DNA of 64,000 nucleotides from an uncultured Verrucomicrobiae bacterium (GTDB lineage Bacteria; Chlamydiota; Chlamydiia; Chlamydiales; Rhabdochlamydiaceae): NCBI GenBank assembly GCA_963806855.1, contig CAWDYW010000003.1, positions 719,100 to 783,099 of the forward strand, read 5' to 3'. Shown piece by piece: positions 28,161 to 39,600 of this stretch (position 1 is its first letter; each line of letters starts with the position of its first letter). The notes under the pieces were generated by a model. It saw only the letters and a program-made list of their open reading frames with translations, ran no database searches and was not told where the DNA came from. The position numbers and the translations under genes were made by a program.

Positions 28161-29206
28161 AATCGATTGAGAAAGAAGATTTGGAGGCATTGGCACTCGG
28201 CTGCGCCGCTTTAGGTTCGGGCGGCGGGGGCAATCCCGCTTATGATCGGCTGATTGCTGAGCATGCGATCGAAACGTATGGTCCGGTGCGGATCATCACG
28301 CTCGAGGAGCTTTCCGATGAGGCATTGGTTGTGCCGATGGCCTTTGTGGGGGCTCCGCTCATTGCGATGGAGAAGCTCTCGAGTGGAAGGGAGTTTGACG
28401 CGATCATCCGCCATTTGAACCGAAAAGAGTTGGTCTTGATGCCCGCTGAAATCGGGGGAGCCAATGGTCTTTGCGCTTTGGCGGTCGCAGCAAAATGGGG
28501 GCTTCCCGTTTTGGATGCCGACTCGCTTGGGAGGGCCTATCCGCAGTTGCAGATGACCTCGTGCAATCTCTTTGGGGTCTCTCCCTCGCCCGCCTACTTT
28601 GCCGATAGTTTGGGCAATTTGGTGGTGATCGAGGCAGAAAACTCCTATGCGCTCGAGCGGATTGGGCGGCATGTTTCGATGAGCATGGGCTCAAGCTGCG
28701 CCGTTGCCCTCTATTTGATGAGCGGCAAAGAGGCCCGCGCGGCGGTGCTTCCCGGCGCCCTTTCCGATGCACTTGCAATTGGTCAGGGGATTTTGCAGGC
28801 GCGCCTAGAGGGCCGCGATCCGACGATCGACCTTGGGGTACGCTTGATTCAAGGGGTGATCACCGAGGTCAAGCAAGCGGTCAAGGATGGATTCTTACAG
28901 GGATCAGTCAAGATCAGCGGCGAGCAAAAAGTGGTCGAGGTGCTCTACCAAAACGAATTCTTGCTTGCCAAAGAAGGGGAGGTGGTACTGGCCACCACAC
29001 CCGATATTTTGACGATTGTCGAGGTTGAAAGCGGCACGCCGATCACCAGCGATGGGCTCCGCTATGGGTTAAGAGTTGCTCTTGTCGCTTTGCCGGCGCC
29101 ACCAATCTGGCAGACAGAGGAGGGGCTCGCCTTAGTTGGCCCTCGGTATTTTGGATATGATGTAAACTATAAGGAGATTCAACATGAAGTACACAATAGG
29201 AATTGA
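28157..29206 (+). CDS. DUF917 family protein
   Basis: GCAALGSGGGG, EIGGANG, DADSLGRAYP, QNE, PDIL motifs. Confidence 0.9.
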   Translation: MKSIEKEDLEALALGCAALGSGGGGNPAYDRLIAEHAIETYGPVRIITLEELSDEALVVPMAFVGAPLIAMEKLSSGREFDAIIRHLNRKELVLMPAEIGGANGLCALAVAAKWGLPVLDADSLGRAYPQLQMTSCNLFGVSPSPAYFADSLGNLVVIEAENSYALERIGRHVSMSMGSSCAVALYLMSGKEARAAVLPGALSDALAIGQGILQARLEGRDPTIDLGVRLIQGVITEVKQAVKDGFLQGSVKISGEQKVVEVLYQNEFLLAKEGEVVLATTPDILTIVEVESGTPITSDGLRYGLRVALVALPAPPIWQTEEGLALVGPRYFGYDVNYKEIQHEVHNRN

Positions 29207-30699
29207 CATTGGCGGCACCAATACCGATGCCGTTTTGATCGATGAAAAGAAGCAGATCGTCGCGCTTGCCAAGGTGAGCACCACCGAAGACATTGCGGTG
29301 GGCTTTGAGCAGGTGGTGCGTAAGCTTCTTGCCCAAAAAATGGGGGTCGAAATCGAGGCGGTTATCGTCGGGACGACCCACGCGACCAATGCGATTTTGC
29401 AGCAGAAGGAGCTCTACCGAGTCGGCGTGATCCGGATCGCAGGACAGCGTCCCGAGTCGCCACCCCCATGCTACGGATGGCCAAAAGAGCTCTCCGAAGC
29501 TATCCTTAAGCGGCTATGCGACCGTCGACGGGGGATTCGAGTGCCATGGCGGTCCGATCCGCAAGCTCGATGAAAAACAGCTTCGAGAGTGTGCTCAAGA
29601 ACTGATTCGGTGTGGGGCGCAGAGCTTGGCGATCATCGGGGTCTTTTCTCCGATGAATGCCGAGCATGAGCTTGTAGCGGCTCAGATCATCAAAGAGATG
29701 GGCCCGATCCCGATCACCCTCTCCCATCAAATCGGTGGAGTGGGCTATTTGGAGCGGGAAAACAGCTCGATCCTCAATTCGGCCTTAAAAAAGGTGATGG
29801 AGACCGGCTTTGCCAAGCTTGAGCAAATTTGCCTTCGGCTCCAATTGGATTGTCCCTTGCTCATCACCCAAAATAATGGGAGCAGAATCAGCTTAAGCGA
29901 GGCGATCGAGCATCCGATTTTGACGATTTCAGCCGGCCCGACCAATTCGTTCGTCGGGGCGAGCAAATTGTCAGGGCTCGCAGATGCGATCATCGTCGAC
30001 ATCGGAGGCACATCGACCGATATCGGCTTGATCAAAGGGGGCTCGTTCCGCAGGAGCTTGAATGTCTCAACGATCGGTGGGGTCAAATTGAACTTCCCGA
30101 TGCCCGATGTGGTCTCTTTGGCGATCGGCGGCGGGAGTTTGATTCAGCCCGCGCCCCTCAAGGTGGGCCCCAGAAGCGTCGGCAGGGAAATCACGACCCG
30201 CGCCCAATGCTTCGGTGGCTCTGAGTTGACCTTGACCGATCTTGCTGTCGCAGCCGGTCATTTGCAGATCGCAAATGCACAAGAAGTGGCGATTGCACAG
30301 CACGATGCAATCGAGATCTTGCGCCAGGTGATTGGGACCATCGAGGAGCACATCGCTCTTCTCGATGGGGCCGATCTGCCGGTCATCTTGGTTGGCGGAG
30401 GGGCTGCCGTGTTTCCTCCGGCTCTTTTGAGTGATCGATACCGAGTGCCAGAGAATGCTCCAGTGGCTAATGCTCTTGGAGCGGCCCTTTCGAGGATCTC
30501 CGGCGCGGTCGACACGATCGTCAGCCTCACAGATCAGGAGAAGGCGTTGAGCGAACTCCGAAAGCAAGCGATTGAGGCGGCGATCGCAAAAGGAGCGGCT
30601 CCCGATACCATCGTCCTCTCCGATGTGCAGATCATCCCGTACCACTATGTCCCAAACAACATAGCGCGGGTGATCGTCACAGCACACGGCACACGATAA
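29184..30699 (+). pseudogene. hydantoinase/oxoprolinase family protein, frameshift near 29510
   Basis: IGIDIGGTNTDA, GTTHATNA, ERENS, SAGPTNS, DIGGTSTD, TLTD, ANALGAA across two frames. Confidence 0.88.
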
Positions 30700-30705
30700 C
30701 CACAT

Positions 30706-30738
30706 GGCCCTGTTCCGTTGGGATGGGGCCTATTTTTT
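30706..30738 (+). terminator. probable intrinsic terminator between convergent genes
   Basis: GGCCC..TCC-GTT-GGGA..GGGCC followed by a T-run. Confidence 0.5.
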
Positions 30739-30924
30739 CTTGGCTTTTTTCTTTTTGGTTGGTTCTATTTTGACTAGTTCGTAACGATAGGGGGGCTTGA
30801 TTTTGACTAGTTTGTCATCTTGAGTATAAATAAGAGAAGTGCCCGTCCTAACTGCTATTTCAAATGCTCTTTGGAAACTCCTCTCATGGGCTTTCAGTAG
30901 GGTTTCCATAAAATCATCTTTCAT
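30730..30924 (-). CDS. small basic protein coupled to the zeta-like ATPase
   Basis: 64 aa; start overlaps the 3' end of the upstream ATPase. Confidence 0.55.
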   Translation of the reverse strand: MKDDFMETLLKAHERSFQRAFEIAVRTGTSLIYTQDDKLVKIKPPYRYELVKIEPTKKKKAKKK

Positions 30925-31503
30925 TAGCCGCCTTCCTTATTTTTTCCCAGACATCTGGATTTATAACATCTATTACATTGCTGATCCATTTTCTGGCGAT
31001 CATTCTATTTTTAGATTCCTCGATAGAATTATTCATTATCAATGCCATATCCGCAATCGGCAAGTAATATTCCAAAAGGTTTGCTTGGCTCTGAATAATA
31101 ACGTCTGATTATACTATCTTTTGGAATGTTATGCCCACCTTGTTTCACTTTTTCCGCTACTCTATTTACAGCATGTTCTGGAGAGCTAAGCCACAAAAAA
31201 ACTAGAATAACATCATAGCCTTTTGATTTGGCATCTCTTAAGTGATTTAAATAGTTCTTGCCTGCAAGCGTGGATTCTAAAAGCGAAACTCTGGTTTTGT
31301 TCGAGCATATCTTTCAGACGCTTAATCATTAATTTGCTTGCCGTCAGTGCCATGCTCTCGGGATGTCTTGGTGCGAGTCCCCTGGCTATTTCATCAGCAT
31401 TAATAAATTCATATAAGTCAGTGCTATTTTCAAACAACTCGTTTGCTAAGGTTGTTTTGCCAGCGCCATTTGGTCCGGCTATGATGAGAACTTTTTTCGA
31501 CAT
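30914..31503 (-). pseudogene. zeta-toxin-like/COG4185 P-loop ATPase, frameshifted
   Basis: IIAGPNGAGKTT, FINADEIA; continues in another frame as ESTLAG..GYDV.LVFLWL..RV..GGHNIP. Confidence 0.8.
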
Positions 31504-31512
31504 AGATTAATC

Positions 31513-32319
31513 TTAAGAGCTTTTGCCCTTCTTCGCAAGGGAGTCCCAGATCAAATGATGGGGGCTATTGTGGCCTTTCTCTTTGCCGATGAGGAATTGG
31601 GTGGAGCCCTTCGCATTGACTTTCTTGAGCTGCTCGTAGTAGAGCTGGTCGTCCCGATTGGAGAGCATCTCGTCGGGGTTGTTGAAATAGAGGGTGACAT
31701 TGAGCGCGAGGCCCTGCAAGTACTTGAGGGCGTCGATCGGCTCCATGTCGTTGGCCTTATACCGCTTCTCTACAATCTCTAAATCTTTGGAGGGGCCGCG
31801 GAGAGCGATGATCTCAGGGATAGATTTGAGTGGACAATCGAGAATGATATGGCCTTTTTGGATTGCGGCGAGCATTTTTACTTTTCCCTCTTGATCGATC
31901 CCAATCTTCTTGAGATGGTCGTCAAAGCGGTTGGTGTTGAGCGCGGCGAGGGTGTTGATGAGCGCTCCGCCACCTGCTGAAAACCCATAGAGATCGATCT
32001 CTTGATCCCCGTCGACTAGCACTTTTTGTTTGATGACGTAGAGGAGGGGGAGGAGTTCGTCGATGGTGCCAAAGGTGGTTTTGTCGAAAGCGATCGCTCT
32101 TTTGTGAAGGTCGTGGTCGGGAAAATTGAAGGTGATGATGGTTTTATCGGTTTTGACCGTTTGGCTAATTTGATGATTGCCATTCATGCCGTGCGCTGTG
32201 ATGATCACTTCGTCGCGCTTTCCAGGGATAGAGGTGAGATTGAGATCGTGCTTAAAAGGATGGTTGGCAAAGAGGGTGGTGAAAAGAAGGGTGAGAAGAA
32301 TGAGTGATCTTTTAATCAT
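31513..32319 (-). CDS. secreted alpha/beta-hydrolase-like protein
   Basis: Signal peptide, HGMNG, GFSAGG nucleophile elbow, later D and GH. Confidence 0.7.
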   Translation of the reverse strand: MIKRSLILLTLLFTTLFANHPFKHDLNLTSIPGKRDEVIITAHGMNGNHQISQTVKTDKTIITFNFPDHDLHKRAIAFDKTTFGTIDELLPLLYVIKQKVLVDGDQEIDLYGFSAGGGALINTLAALNTNRFDDHLKKIGIDQEGKVKMLAAIQKGHIILDCPLKSIPEIIALRGPSKDLEIVEKRYKANDMEPIDALKYLQGLALNVTLYFNNPDEMLSNRDDQLYYEQLKKVNAKGSTQFLIGKEKGHNSPHHLIWDSLAKKGKSS

Positions 32320-33183
32320 AAAGTGACTCCAATATTGATATCATAGGATATAAATTTTTTTGGTTGGCTTCCAAACAAATGTTGGACAATCGGATAGCCC
32401 GCCCCCAATTGGATGATGAGCCTCTTTGATGAGAACCAAAGCGAGGGAGTGAGATAGATCACGTTGCCACCCGAGTCGGGATCGATTGTGCCTTTGATTT
32501 TGTTTTTCCAAGAGTAGACGCCGTTGAATTCGAGCATCATTGCAAAAATCCATCCGCAAGGGCTTGGGAGATACCTTTCCAGTCCAAATTCATAAAAGAT
32601 TTCATTCCCAAATCTGGTTTTATGGCGCGTGGTGGTCAGGATGCCGCCATAAGAGGTAAAAACCATCCAGTTGACTGTTGAGTAGTTGAGAGTAGCGCCG
32701 AGGAAAAAACTGATTGCTTCAAAGCCTGTAGGAGGGATTTTAGTGCCCGACCCGGTTGGAAAGGTCATGTTTGCCACTAGTGTTGCCTGGGTATTGGAGA
32801 TGGCGTTTGAACCGTTGTAGAAAGCCCATTCTAATTGAGCAGAGTAGTCCTCCAGGCCAGCAGAGTGGTAATGGGGTTCTTTGTTGCCGGGCGAAAAAGG
32901 GAAAGTTTAGGAAGAGGGAGAGATTGTCCCGAATCCCCCACAGAATCCCTGGGTAAATATCGTTGAGATAGCTGGTTTTTCCATAAAAGCCATCAGCAAG
33001 TAAGAAAAGCTGCAAATCGCCTTTGTTGATGATGTTCTCCCCAAATGAGACAAGGGGACCTGGTTGCTGAGAGACGGGAAGGGAGAAGTTTCCACACTTA
33101 GGCGGCTCCTCTTTTTTGGGCTTCTCTTCCGCAGCGTAAAGGGCGGAGAGGAGTAGAAGTGGAGCAATTAGTTTGCCTTTCAT
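32316..33183 (-). pseudogene. putative outer-membrane beta-barrel/transporter-like protein, frameshift near 32890
   Basis: Signal peptide MKGKLIAPLLLL, QQPGPLVSFG, FPTG, amphipathic strands across two frames. Confidence 0.6.
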
Positions 33184-33641
33184 AGCCCTACCGAATGAAT
33201 AAGCAAATAAATGGAAATGGCGAAGCAGAGCCAGACCTGCAGATGGAGCACCACGTGTAAGGTATTGGGAACGACATGATTCCCTCGTGCAGGCAAAAAG
33301 TGGTGAGTGTGCTGAAATTTGCTGAATGCTTGCCTGTGCTTTTCCGAGCTGCCGAAGAGGTAGGGGACCCACCAGCTTAAAATGGTGCCGACGGTCAATG
33401 CCGCATAGAACAAGAGGATAATGAGTTTTGCCGCAAGGGGGAGGTGATGTCTATAAATGATCGTCAGAATCAGGGGAACCAAGACGAACGTTCCATTGAT
33501 GAGGGAACCACGTAGGCGGACCCGATTGCTGTCGACCTTTTTCAGCGCTTCGATATCGTTGAAGGGTGGGACAGGGATCCAGTCGTGGAAGAGCATGAAA
33601 AAGAGTAGCAAGCATTGTAGAACAATAAAAAATGCCATCAT
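33180..33641 (-). CDS. hypothetical membrane protein
   Basis: 4 TM segments; HDWIP, WWVPY and PNTLH motifs. Confidence 0.75.
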   Translation of the reverse strand: MMAFFIVLQCLLLFFMLFHDWIPVPPFNDIEALKKVDSNRVRLRGSLINGTFVLVPLILTIIYRHHLPLAAKLIILLFYAALTVGTILSWWVPYLFGSSEKHRQAFSKFQHTHHFLPARGNHVVPNTLHVVLHLQVWLCFAISIYLLIHSVGL

Positions 33642-33685
33642 ATTCCTACAGAATAGCCCATAGGAGAGATTAATCCAAATCTTTC

Positions 33686-36600
33686 TCAGAATTCCTTATT
33701 CTGCTCTTCTGCTTCCAGGCGGGCGAAGAGCTTTCGCAGCGAGCTGACTTCGTACTGTTGCTGGCTGTAGCCTTTATTTGACAGGATCTTCCGCTCAAAG
33801 AGTTGCTGCATCGGTTCGAAGCCGTGCTGCCGAATCCACTTTTCGAGGCGGGGGAGCTCGTCTTTGGAGTAGTGGACTCTGCCGTCGAAGAACTTCGCCT
33901 GGACGGTCAGTCTGACATACTTCTCGTCATGTTGCAGTGCGGCGAGGTCAACCGGCTGGGGCCCTTGGGTCACCACTCCAGAACCTAGGTTAACGAGGGC
34001 GACCTTCACGTCTCCACTTGCTTGTTTAGGCAGATGGTCTTGAAGCTGTTCTGCTGTATCTTGGCTGACGAGGGCGAGTCTGACGGCACGACCATCATCG
34101 ATCACGACGACATTGCTAGCATAATCTTGGTAGGCATTCCAGGGGCTGTATGGGGCCTGTTTGTCGCTAGTCCGTTCATACATTGGCGCCAGGTTGAGGT
34201 CGATCAGGAGCTCGGAGTCGAAAAGCGGGGATGCGATCTCGCTTAATCTGAGCATTTGGTTTTGGGGTGACGTTTCTCCGGTCACTGTGTCTATAGCTAC
34301 TGGCTGCCAGGTCTTCGCTTCGAGCAATCGGTCTTGTGGCAACTCGAGGATGGGGCGTCGCTCTGTGTAGAGGGGCGATTGAATTTCGGTCTGAATTTCT
34401 TTCTGCTGCTGCTGCTCTTGTTTGCGGTTTGTTTCTGTCATTTTTTGTGTCTCGGTCTCGAGCTGCACCTCGCGGTTGTTTCGAGAGCCGATGGGGGTTT
34501 GCAGGGTGGGGGGCATTTTATCGTAAAAGGTGTCGGCGATGGCGTATAGCTCGCCTTTGAGTGTCTCAACGGAGTACTTGGCGGTCAGCAGGGGATGGGT
34601 CGAGAAGGCTTGGAATGGCTCGCTATCGATGAGCTGCTTAATATTTTCGCGCACAACGATCTCTGCCGGGGCCTCTGTCGCGGTCTTGCCCATCTGCTCC
34701 CAGGGGCTGCTGGGCTCCTCGACGACAAATAGCTTTGCTGTTGCCTGGAAGAGGGTACGCAGCTCAGGTCCCTTCGCTCCCGAAATTGCGCCAAAGACTT
34801 TGTCGATCAGGTGGGCGCGGAGCGATTCGCTTAGGGCTCTGGGGATGTCGGTCCGCAGCCGCTCTTTCTCGAGGGTGACGGCGTAGACGAAGAAGTGTTC
34901 TAGCTTAAGCTCATCTCCAACATCGATGTCAAAGACCCGCTTGAGGGTTGCGGCGATCACCCGTTTATCCTCTTCAGACACCACAAAGCGCACTTTCTGA
35001 CCTGCGGCGAGTCCGCGTAGGCGCCAGACGGCTTGTAGCCCATCTCGCATCAGGGTCTGTCTGCCCACCGAGACGATCGCCTCTTCGAGTGGATGAAGCT
35101 TCCAGTCGACGCCTGTGCAGTACTTTTGCGCCCAGTAGCCGGCTACGTCGTCTCGATCCATCCCTGCCATTGAGAGAGGCACAGGGGTCTCGGTATGGCG
35201 GCGCAGGACCATCTCTCTGCCCTCTTCGTTATGGAACATGATCGCTTTGTAGCGGGTCGCCTCGAATTGAGGCTGCGAGATGATCGCTTTGGCTACCTCG
35301 TAGTTGGAATCGTCGCGGAATACTCCGGCGAGGTCGGCGAATGAGCCTTGGAAGCCTTCGTATAGACCTGTGATCCGCTCACCGATGGCGGCCCCTTTGG
35401 GTGCTTCAGGAAGGGTCCGGATGGTGTGGGGGCTATTTTCCCAAAGAAGGGCGAGGGTGCGCGGCTGAGTATCCGAAGGAATAAACTTGTGGAACATCTG
35501 CGGGAATGTCTCGCGGTTCCAGACTGTTCCGCTATAGGCCTTCACGGTCTTGAACAGGTAGGCGACCATCTGGGCCGATAGGCCGAGCTGTTTGGCGTAC
35601 CGTTTAACCTGGGGCAAGGCATGCCGCTGGATCAGCTCAAGTTTTAGCTCTGGGTGTTCATTGATGTGCTTGGCCATCTTCTCACGATCGGCTGGAGCAA
35701 GGGTTGCCTTGAGCTTATAGGAGTGGTCATTGCCGTTAAGGTGATAGAATGTCTGGTAGGACTTGAGGTCGTCGATGGAGCCGACAAAACCCTCTTTTTC
35801 CTTGTCCAGAGCCTCTTTGAGGGCTGCTGTCTCCTTGTCGATGATCTCGTGGCTGATCGGCTGGGCTAGGTGCATGACGATGGTGTAGTCGAGAATCTCG
35901 GTCACGGTGCCGTGGAGCGCCTTTTTTGCCGGGTTGTCGCTTCCATGGTAGGGGATCGCGACAAAGTCCATGTCTGGCTGCTCGGCGCGCCATTTGGAGG
36001 GCATTGCGCCGAAGTTTTCACCGAGAATTTTGTTGAGCACGAGGGGGAACAGGGAGGAGATCTGCTCTTTGTAGGTCGCAAGGAGGTTTTTGATGTGGGG
36101 GTTGTCGATCTTTTCGACGAATGCGTAGGATGGGTCGGTGCGGCCCCGGCGATAATCTTCAACTGCGTCTTTTTCTTGTGCAGAGAGCGATGGTTCGGGG
36201 CCCTGTCCGTCGACGATGTAGGCTGCAAGGGCCTTTCGCTCGGCAGGCTTAAGTCTGCTGAATAGGGTGATCAGAGCCTCTGGGCGAGGGGGCTTGGCGT
36301 TGAGGTAGCTCCGCACGTGGGCACGGCCGGTCTCGTCAAGGCCAGCTAAAAAGCTCTGCATTGGCCGGTCTTCAGGAGACACTTTGCCTGTGACGACGGC
36401 ATCGATGAGCTTTTGCTTGGCATGCTGCTCGTAGTTCTCCTCGGAGAAAGGGATGGTGCTTCCGTTTTCGATAAAGGGCCAGCGGATCAGCTCTCGAAGC
36501 GAGGGATCGGTCGCGATGAGTCCGAATAGCGATAGAGAGGCCGTTTCCAGGTCTTTATGCATGCGCTCCTTATCGCCTAGGGTGAACAGGTGGGCGCGCA

Positions 36601-39600
36601 GCACGTCGAGCAAAAGGTCCACCTCGTCGAGATTGGCCGCGCCAGAGGTGCGCAGGGTGTCGACGACTTTGCCCATCAGCTCGAGCTGCTCGTCGGTGAT
36701 GTGATTTCCAGATAGGCACATTTCGGCAAAACGTAGAGCGATGCTGAGCACGCTGCCGCTGCTGATGAGCATCACTCTGCGCTCGGTGCGGATCAACTCC
36801 AATCTCTCGAGCAGGTGGCGGAGGGCGGGTGCGGAGACGTCGCTATCTCTTCCGAAACTGACCACCTCGACAGCCCGTCCAAAGCCTGTGCCCAGCAGCC
36901 GCTCCAGCGTTGCCGACATCGAGGGGAGGAGGACCTCTGGCATTGACACGGCGACAACTTTTTCGCCGTCAGCGGCCTGGATGGCCTGCAGGACGCTCAC
37001 CACAGCTGTCTTGCCGAATCCCATGATCGCTTCGAGCAGGACGCCGGTCAGGTGGTCGGTATGGGCGTGAAACTGGGTCTCGGGCAGTTTCTCCAGGACG
37101 GCCACCTGGTCTTCGCGCAATCTGAAGGCAGGGTCGCCCTTGCTCATGAAGTAATCATAGACCAGGTATTCGGGTATTTCGTCGCTGGCGTATGAGGGGT
37201 GATACTGATGGGCCGCCTCAAGGATCTTGCCGATTCGGCTGATTTCGACGGCCGGCTCGCCCCGCTTGACTGCGGCGTGGAGGGTGTCAACGAGCAGCTT
37301 CTGAAATGCGGCCATCCTCTGCAGGCGGCCGATTTTGAGCGCCTCGACGGTCATGTCGTAAAGACGATGGACTTCATCGGGAGACAGCTGCGGAAGGCGG
37401 CGATGGAGCTCCTCCATGTCGCGGGTCAGAAGAAACGTGGTCACTTCGTTAAAGTCGATAGGGGCTAGTGTCTTGCCTTCGAGTTCCTGACGGAGGCGGG
37501 CACGTAGAAGGGGATCTTTTGGCTCTTGATTGGCCAGTTCGACGACCCAATGCTGCGCCTGCTCCAGGTCGTACTGGAGGTGCTCTGCGATGTTTTTAAG
37601 CTCTTCGCTCCAGGTCTCTAGCGTCTGCTCTGCCCCATCCTTGACGGCGTACAACGTATCATCCTCCAGCGTGGTCCGGAAGGCCTGCACCTCTTCTGCG
37701 GCCGATCCGAGCGCCCCCTTGAGGTAGGGGTCTTGGGTGGTGACGTCGAAGATGGCCTCGAGCCGCTTGAGTCCGAGGTCGCGCGAGGCTCTATCGGCCT
37801 GTTTCATTGGCCGCATCTCGATGGCGCCCTCGAAATTGGTGATCATCGGTTGGCGGAGCTCCATCACATCGGGCTTGAGGCGTGTGCACAGCTGGAAGCC
37901 CGCATCGGCAAAACGGGTAGGCTGGCTCTGCTTGGCCAGGAGTGGTTGTGGGACCTTGGCTCGATCAATCTTTTGCTCCTCTCCCTCTCCCTCATCCTTC
38001 GGGGATTGATAGGACAGTTCTAGTTCCCAAGGGTACATTGTTTTGCCAATATACTCGCGCCCAGAGGCTGGCCATTTGTTTGGCTCGAGGAGAACGGAGA
38101 GAATTAGCGTCCAGAGTACACGTTGATGGACATTATTAGTGCTGAGACGGTGAGCCCGCAAGGCGGTGATTGCCTCTGCTCTGGCATCGTGCAAGGGCTC
38201 GGTTCCTGTGAGATAGACGACCAATTCTCTCAGCCTCTCGGGAGTAGGGTATCGCACTTTCAGGTAGAGGTTGAAAAAGTCCGCGTCGATATAAACCCAT
38301 TCTAAAAACTTATCCTCCTTTTGCTGAAGGGGAAGGTCTAGCACCGTCTCGCCTTCAATCTCGACGTCGGCCAGGTCCATTCGACGCTTGCATTGTACGA
38401 TGTATTCATGCTTTTTCAGGTAATCTCTAGAGAACTCCTCCACATCATGAAAATTATATTCCAATCCCGAGTACTCATCTTCTGGCCTGACCCAAGTAGT
38501 CCGGTACCAGCCCCCGCCTGAGTGATGGGCGTCCTTTGCTCGTGCTGAAAGCACCTTCCCAATCTTATTCGCGGCACTTTCTAGTTCTCCATAGTAGAGC
38601 GCCTCGTCCTTATTGTTTTGATTAAAATTCACTGGCTCTTTGAGCTGGTCAGCATAGGCGGCGAGCAGGCTCATCTTGTCGGGTGAGAGGGCGTAGATCC
38701 CCATTTGGTCGGCGACTTTCAGGTAGGCCTGAAAATCTTTGGCAAACTGCACCTGGCTCCATTTTCTCTCCCACGGATTGGCAATGTCGATATCGCCGAC
38801 CTGTGTGCGGGTGCCAAAGTGCCAGGCATCTCGGATCAAGAGGTAGTGTGCTTCCATTGTCGCTGCTAGCGAGGGAGGCGAGTGATTCTTCGTCGTCACG
38901 GGCATCTTGGTGAGAGTGATGATGAGATTGCGCTGCTCTCTATCGAGTTTGCCAATTCCGATGCCTGGGCCATGCATGAGCTCTATCGCCCGGCTGTAAT
39001 CGCGCTGATGCAGGGTGTAGGAGGCGAGGTGGAGAGCTCCCGCCGCCGCCGTGAGGGGGAGCAGTTTGCCGTTCTCCTCGTCGATCCCATAGCGATAGAC
39101 GGGAGTACGGGCAGTGAGGTCTCCTGATGCGTCTGGGGTTAAGTGTGGTATCAGGGGCCAATATCCAGTCTGCAGGAGTTGGCCAGGAATGATCACCTGT
39201 TTTTCGACTGTACCGCCTTGCCGATCCTTATAGAGGAGCATGCTGTTTTTTACCTTACCAAGCGCTTCAACGTGGTTCCGACCTACCGGCACATACCATC
39301 CAGGGAAGCGGGGGCAATAGGCGCGGCGCTCTCCGTTGACCGTATGCACGTTAAACTCTAACCCAAGCCGTAGCATCGTGATGTTCTCGATCAGCCCCGA
39401 TTTGCCATTTACCCAAGTTCTGATGTACTTCGAAGTGATATCCTCATCCTTGTCATCTGTCGCGTCCAATAGAGCGAAGGCAGTTGGAGTCCGCCCTAGA
39501 ACGCGCCCTGTGTCAGCTCCTGACTCATCGAGTTCATGCACCGCCTGAATACGGTTGCCCCAAAAGTCTAGTCGATAAAGGGGAGTGAGATTCTCCTTAG

